A stretch of DNA of 64,000 bases from Myxococcota bacterium (lineage in GTDB: Bacteria > Myxococcota_A > UBA9160 > UBA4427), in the NCBI GenBank assembly GCA_965250285.1, contig OZ252299.1:4384001-4448000 (forward strand), given 5' to 3'. The notes beneath the pieces were generated by a model. The model did not search any database. It was not told where the DNA came from and saw only the letters and a program-made list of their open reading frames with translations. The translations under genes and the position numbers were made by a program. Positions 59,789 to 64,000 of this stretch are shown here, one piece after another (the first letter of the stretch is position 1; every line of letters begins with the position of its first letter).

Positions 59789-60289
59789 GATCGCGCCAGC
59801 CTGCTGACGCTCAGCGTGCCCGAGATGACCGTGCTCGTCTGTGGCCTGCGCGTGCTGAAAGCGAACACCGTTGGATCTCGGCGGCCTGCGCGTGCTGAAC
59901 GCGAACACCGTTGGATCTCGGCGGCCTGCGCGTGTTGAACGCGAACACCGTTGGATCTCGGCGGCCTGCGCGTGCTGAACGCGAACACCGTTGGATCGCC
60001 GCATGGGGTGTTCACCGACCGACCCGGTACGCTCGACAACGCGTTCTTCGTGAACCTGCTCGAGATGTCGACGCGCTGGTCGAGATCGACGGAGACCAAA
60101 GGCGTCCACGAGGGTCGAAACCGTACATCGAACGAGTTGACGTGGACGGCGACGCCGGTCGACCTGATCTTCGGCTCACACTCCGAACTGCGCGCGATCG
60201 CCGAAGTCTACGCAGCAGGCGATGGCGACCAGAAGTGCGTCGTCGCCTGGACACAAGCGATGAACCTCGATCGCTCCGACGTGAAGTGA
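59789..60289 (+). pseudogene. katG: C-terminal remnant of catalase-peroxidase
   Basis: [72 protein letters not shown]; no N-terminal part; internal TGA at 59936. Confidence 0.85.
59841..59997 (+). repeat. 40-bp tandem repeat, 4 copies, no spacers
   Basis: GCGGCCTGCGCGTGCTGAACGCGAACACCGTTGGATCTCG units at 59841, 59881, 59921, 59961. Confidence 0.95.
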
Positions 60290-60559
60290 CAGCGAGCACG
60301 TCATCTCGCCCCTCTCCGGGCCGCGGGCACCCCAACGGGGGTCGAGGCGGCCCGAAGCTCCGCCGGGGCGGCTGAGTTCGGCGCCCCTTCGATCCGATGC
60401 CCGCGCCCCACGCAGTCACCTGCGCCGACGAGATCCAGCGCCGCTCGAAAAAAGTGCTCTCCGCGCGCATCCGATCGCGCACCCCGTTCGAAGAGAAGTC
60501 TTGGGGATCGCAGTCGCGCGATGCCCCGACGACCAACCGAAGCACAGAGAGGGCGACGA

Positions 60560-60793
60560 ATGTTCGAGGTGAATGATCGCGTGCAGTTCTCGGAGGAGCT
60601 GCAGATCGACGGGTTCGATCGTGTTGCGAAGGGCGAGATGGGCTGGGTCGAAGCCGTCGGCGCGGACGGCGGTGTGTGGATCCAGCTCGACCAGGTCCAC
60701 CCGGCGCTCGCGTCGTGGCAAAACTGCGTCTACCTGCCCGCGCATTTCGAGCCTCGAGCGTTCATCGCGCGGATCGCATCACGCGCGGCGTGA
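60560..60793 (+). CDS. Small hypothetical protein (77 aa, beta-rich)
   Basis: AGAGAGG upstream; MFEVNDRVQF...KGEMGWV pattern. Confidence 0.55.
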   Translation: MFEVNDRVQFSEELQIDGFDRVAKGEMGWVEAVGADGGVWIQLDQVHPALASWQNCVYLPAHFEPRAFIARIASRAA

Positions 60794-61070
60794 GCATCGC
60801 CGAAGCCGAGCCGCAGCCCGGCTCCGCTCAGACACGGCCGTAGCGCGCGTGCGGGCTCGCGGCGTCGCCGCCCCCCGCTTCTGCGAGAGTCGATGCGTCG
60901 ACGGTGACCCATCGCGTCTGCAACTGGCTGACTGGGTCATTGACTCGCGCGCACCGACTCACCCAGAATGATGCTGACGTTGGCCCAACACCCATATGCA
61001 CCGACCGCGGCCAATCGAGAAGCAAGAAGCAAGACGCAGGGAGCACATCAGGAAGAAGGGGATTCACCGC

Positions 61071-62345
61071 ATGTGGGTTCGACGCGAATCCGCTGCCAGT
61101 CTTGCCTTCGGAGCGGCGCTCCTCTGCGTCGCATCGATCTGCATGGGCGCGCCCGCACGGGCGCAGTCGATCCCCGCCGCCACCCATCACATCGAATCGA
61201 ATGGGCGCGGCGGAACGACCCCCGACACGACGACCGGATGGTCGTTTCGCGTCACGCGCGAAGTCATCGTCACCGACCTCGGCTTCTTCGACATGCTCGA
61301 AGCGTCGAGCGGTTCGATCGGCGACGGTTTGCACGAACCGCACTCGGTCGGCATCTGGCACGAGAGCGGCACGCTGGTGGTCTCGGGCGTCGTGGCGGGT
61401 GGAACCGCAGCGCCCCTCGAAGCGGGCTTTCGATACGTGGCCGTCCCCGAGACGACGCTCGAGCCCGGCGAGATCTACGTCATCGGCTCGCATTGGCCCT
61501 CGACGTGCAATTTCACGATCGGCGGCAGCGGCGACTGCTCAGTGAGCTACGCGCAGGCCGGTGTGTTCACGCCGCCCAAGTTCACGTGGGACCCGGCCGT
61601 CTATCCGATCGAGCGTCGCTGGGGGGGCGTGGGCTTTGCGATGCCGCCCTCGTCGGGCCTCAACCCTGCGTTCGGCCCATCGTTCAAGTTCGAGCTCGGC
61701 GCCGCGCCTCCTCCCCCACCGCCCGCGCCTCCCGGAGAGGTCTCGATCGAAGATCCCGTCGGTGACGTCACGCTCTTCTCGGGCCCGCTCCCGCCCGGCA
61801 GCCCGAGCCCGCCCGAACTCGTGAGTGTGCGTGCGGGCTTCGATGCGACGCATCTCCACGTCGACGTCTCGTTCGCACCGGGCACGATGAACCCGGGTGG
61901 GACGGGGACCTTCTACCTGCTGGGCCTCGACCTCGATCTGAACGCACTCACAGGCGCTTCGTTCATCCCGGGCGCCGAGGCCATGCTCTTCTTCGCGAGC
62001 GACCTGCAGTCGGCAACGATCTGCGGCACGACGCTCGACCCGGCTGTCTGCACGACGTCGATCCCCGTCCAGCTCGGCGCCGACGACCTGAGCGTTTCCA
62101 TCCCGCTCGGTCCGGACGGGATCGACGACGACGGCGCTGCCCGCTTCGGGTTCGTGGCGGGCTACTTTCTCGACGGCATTCCGGTCTCCGAAGACGTCGC
62201 TTTCGGCGGCGTCAGTGGGAGCCTCGACCGGGTGTTCGCCGCCGTCTCGGGCAACCTGCTCGCAGCCCCGGTTCCGGCACTCGCGCCGCTCGGCGCCATC
62301 GGGCTCGCGCTGGCGCTCGTCGCCGCGGCGCGCCGCGAACTCTGA
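61071..62345 (+). CDS. Secreted two-domain surface protein (DUF4082-like N-domain) with IPTL/PEP-CTERM-like sorting tail
   Basis: Signal peptide ending ARA; TTGWSF, VTDLGFFD, HSVGIW, GFRY; poly-Pro linker; VPALAPLG-TM-RR. Confidence 0.65.
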   Translation: MWVRRESAASLAFGAALLCVASICMGAPARAQSIPAATHHIESNGRGGTTPDTTTGWSFRVTREVIVTDLGFFDMLEASSGSIGDGLHEPHSVGIWHESGTLVVSGVVAGGTAAPLEAGFRYVAVPETTLEPGEIYVIGSHWPSTCNFTIGGSGDCSVSYAQAGVFTPPKFTWDPAVYPIERRWGGVGFAMPPSSGLNPAFGPSFKFELGAAPPPPPPAPPGEVSIEDPVGDVTLFSGPLPPGSPSPPELVSVRAGFDATHLHVDVSFAPGTMNPGGTGTFYLLGLDLDLNALTGASFIPGAEAMLFFASDLQSATICGTTLDPAVCTTSIPVQLGADDLSVSIPLGPDGIDDDGAARFGFVAGYFLDGIPVSEDVAFGGVSGSLDRVFAAVSGNLLAAPVPALAPLGAIGLALALVAAARREL

Positions 62346-62385
62346 ACCAGCCCACATCGAAAACGACGAACCCAGGAGTCCCCAG

Positions 62386-62796
62386 ATGAAGGTCAGCGTC
62401 GACCAGTACTGCATCAACGTGAGCGATCTCGAGAAGAGCCTCGATTTCTACGAGAAGGCGATCGGCCTGAAGATCACCCACCGCATCGAAGAGAAAGAGT
62501 TTCGTGAGGTCGTGCTCGCCGGCGAGAGCGGCAACCGCATTCAGCTCGCCTGGCAGCGCAATCAGGAGGGGCCGATCGAGCACGGCAACGGCTTCTGGAA
62601 GCTCTACCTCGACACCGACGACTGCAAGGGGCTGTACCAGCGCTGCATCGATGCAGGCGCCGAGTCGGTGACTGCGCCGGTCCAGCTCGACGAGTGGCCG
62701 GTCACGGCCGCCTTCGTCAAGGATCCCGATGGCTACCTCGTCGAGATCCTCGAGCATCATGGCGAGGCGAAGGAGATCAGCGGCTCGGAGGCCTGA
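62386..62796 (+). CDS. VOC family protein (glyoxalase I-like)
   Basis: NVSDLEKSLDFY, AFVKDPDGYLVEI. Confidence 0.88.
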   Translation: MKVSVDQYCINVSDLEKSLDFYEKAIGLKITHRIEEKEFREVVLAGESGNRIQLAWQRNQEGPIEHGNGFWKLYLDTDDCKGLYQRCIDAGAESVTAPVQLDEWPVTAAFVKDPDGYLVEILEHHGEAKEISGSEA

Positions 62797-62987
62797 TCTG
62801 CACCAAGCGCGCACGCCAAGTGCGTCGATGGCCGCGGTCGAGCCCGTCGAGCGCCTCGACGCCGAAGCGAGACCAGCCAGAGAGTTGGTAGAGAAAGAAG
62901 AAGGCCGGGTGGACGCGCCCACCCGGCCTTTGTTCGACGCCCTGAGCGAAGCGCACGCGGAGCGACGCCCGACCCTTCATCGCCCGA

Positions 62988-63590
62988 TCAGAGCTGATCG
63001 GCCTCGGTCGAGAGGTAGCTCGCCACACCCTCAGGGCTCGCCGTCATCCCCTTCGAGCCCTGGTTCCAACCGGCGGGACACACCTCGCCGTGCTCTTCGT
63101 GGAACTGAAGCGCGTCGACCATGCGAAGCATCTCGTCGACGTTTCGCCCGAGCGGGAGATCGTTCACGACCTGGTGGCGCACGACGCCCTCCTTGTCGAT
63201 CAGGAACGAGCCGCGCAGGGCCACCCCGCCCGGCGTCTGTACGTCGTAGGCACGACAGATCTCGTGACGCGTGTCGGCCACGAGCGTATAGCCGACCGGG
63301 CCGATGCCCCCCTGGTCGACGGGCGTGTTGCGCCAGGCGTTGTGGGTGAACTGCGAGTCGATCGACACACCGATCACCTCGACGTCCTTCGACTTGAACG
63401 CATCCATGCGGTGGTCGAACGCGATCAGCTCACTCGGGCACACGAAGGTGAAGTCGAGGGGATAGAAGAAGAGGACCGCGTACCTGCCCTTCCGCGCCTC
63501 AGAGAAGGTCAGGCTGTCGACGATCGAGCCGTCCGCGAGGACGGCGGCTGCAGTGAAGTCCGGGGCGGGTTGCCCAACGAGTACGCTCAT
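62988..63590 (-). CDS. ahpC: Typical 2-Cys peroxiredoxin (AhpC/Prx1)
   Basis: FYPLDFTFVCPSE, GRNVDE, GEVCPAGW. Confidence 0.92.
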   Translation of the reverse strand: MSVLVGQPAPDFTAAAVLADGSIVDSLTFSEARKGRYAVLFFYPLDFTFVCPSELIAFDHRMDAFKSKDVEVIGVSIDSQFTHNAWRNTPVDQGGIGPVGYTLVADTRHEICRAYDVQTPGGVALRGSFLIDKEGVVRHQVVNDLPLGRNVDEMLRMVDALQFHEEHGEVCPAGWNQGSKGMTASPEGVASYLSTEADQL

Positions 63591-64000
63591 TTCGTGCTTT
63601 TCCTCCGCATTCTGCGCGCAGTGCATGCGGCAGAAACGATCGAGTGTCTTGCTCCTGGGGTTCGGATGCATGCGACGACGTTTCGGGTGCGTCCACCGAC
63701 GTCGACACCGGCCTGGCCTGGGAGGCGAGTGTGTCGCCAACGCGGCGCCACACCGGACAGGCTAGCGAACGAAGCGCCGGCGAGCCGACGTTCCGTCTCA
63801 TTGTGTCGTCGATGTGACGTCGTCGTGTGCGCGAGCATCGAACGTGGGCGAGTGAATTCTGTGCACATGCGCCACGAGTCGCACAGGCCGCCTTGTTCAC
63901 GCCATCGCAGAGTCAATCCACGAGACGTGACGAGCCCGATCGGTTCACGCCCCCTTCGGCCCGGTCATCTCCGACGGAATCACGAAGCGGTCGAAGTCTT

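Noticed and set aside
59841..59997. 40-bp repeats as a CRISPR array
   Set aside because: Units are contiguous with no spacers, derive from katG coding sequence, and no cas genes are present.
63591..64000. ORFs at the right edge of the window
   Set aside because: No motifs or coding bias; probably the ahpC upstream region.

Overview
High-GC, gene-dense bacterial DNA with about 58 CDSs; the gene content suggests a diderm, possibly Myxococcota-like organism (inference only). No rRNA, tRNA, CRISPR array or transposase was seen. 0.3-24 kb: lipid, xenobiotic and redox metabolism genes (heme peroxidase, SDR, sterol desaturase, acyl-CoA ligase, F420-LLM, divergent IlvC, PhoD-like, DUF3604, amidohydrolase, TauD, GSTs, haloalkane dehalogenase, LEA-like repeat protein, AsnB). 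24-43 kb is the highlight: a Tad/Flp pilus locus split into two operons, each headed by a small DUF2946/CruR-like leader ORF (hydrophobic N-terminus, CxxC, C-terminal RAPP ribosome-arrest motif). The locus also has an ECF sigma factor with a linker CxxC and no adjacent anti-sigma, two His-motif PEP-CTERM surface proteins and a His-rich protein, making it a candidate metal-sensing, translationally controlled Tad system. Next to it is a probable selenoprotein (AhpC/TSA-like, in-frame UGA in a UPPC motif plus a SECIS-like hairpin) that the ORF track splits in two. 43-64 kb: CoA-transferase/TetR/P450, a MerC / degenerate CobW / flavoprotein metal cluster, tandem paralogous lipoproteins, a katG remnant disrupted by a 4x40-bp tandem repeat, a C-terminally sorted surface protein and AhpC. 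Starts were trimmed by eye from the ORF track. Family calls come from motif recognition, not database searches.
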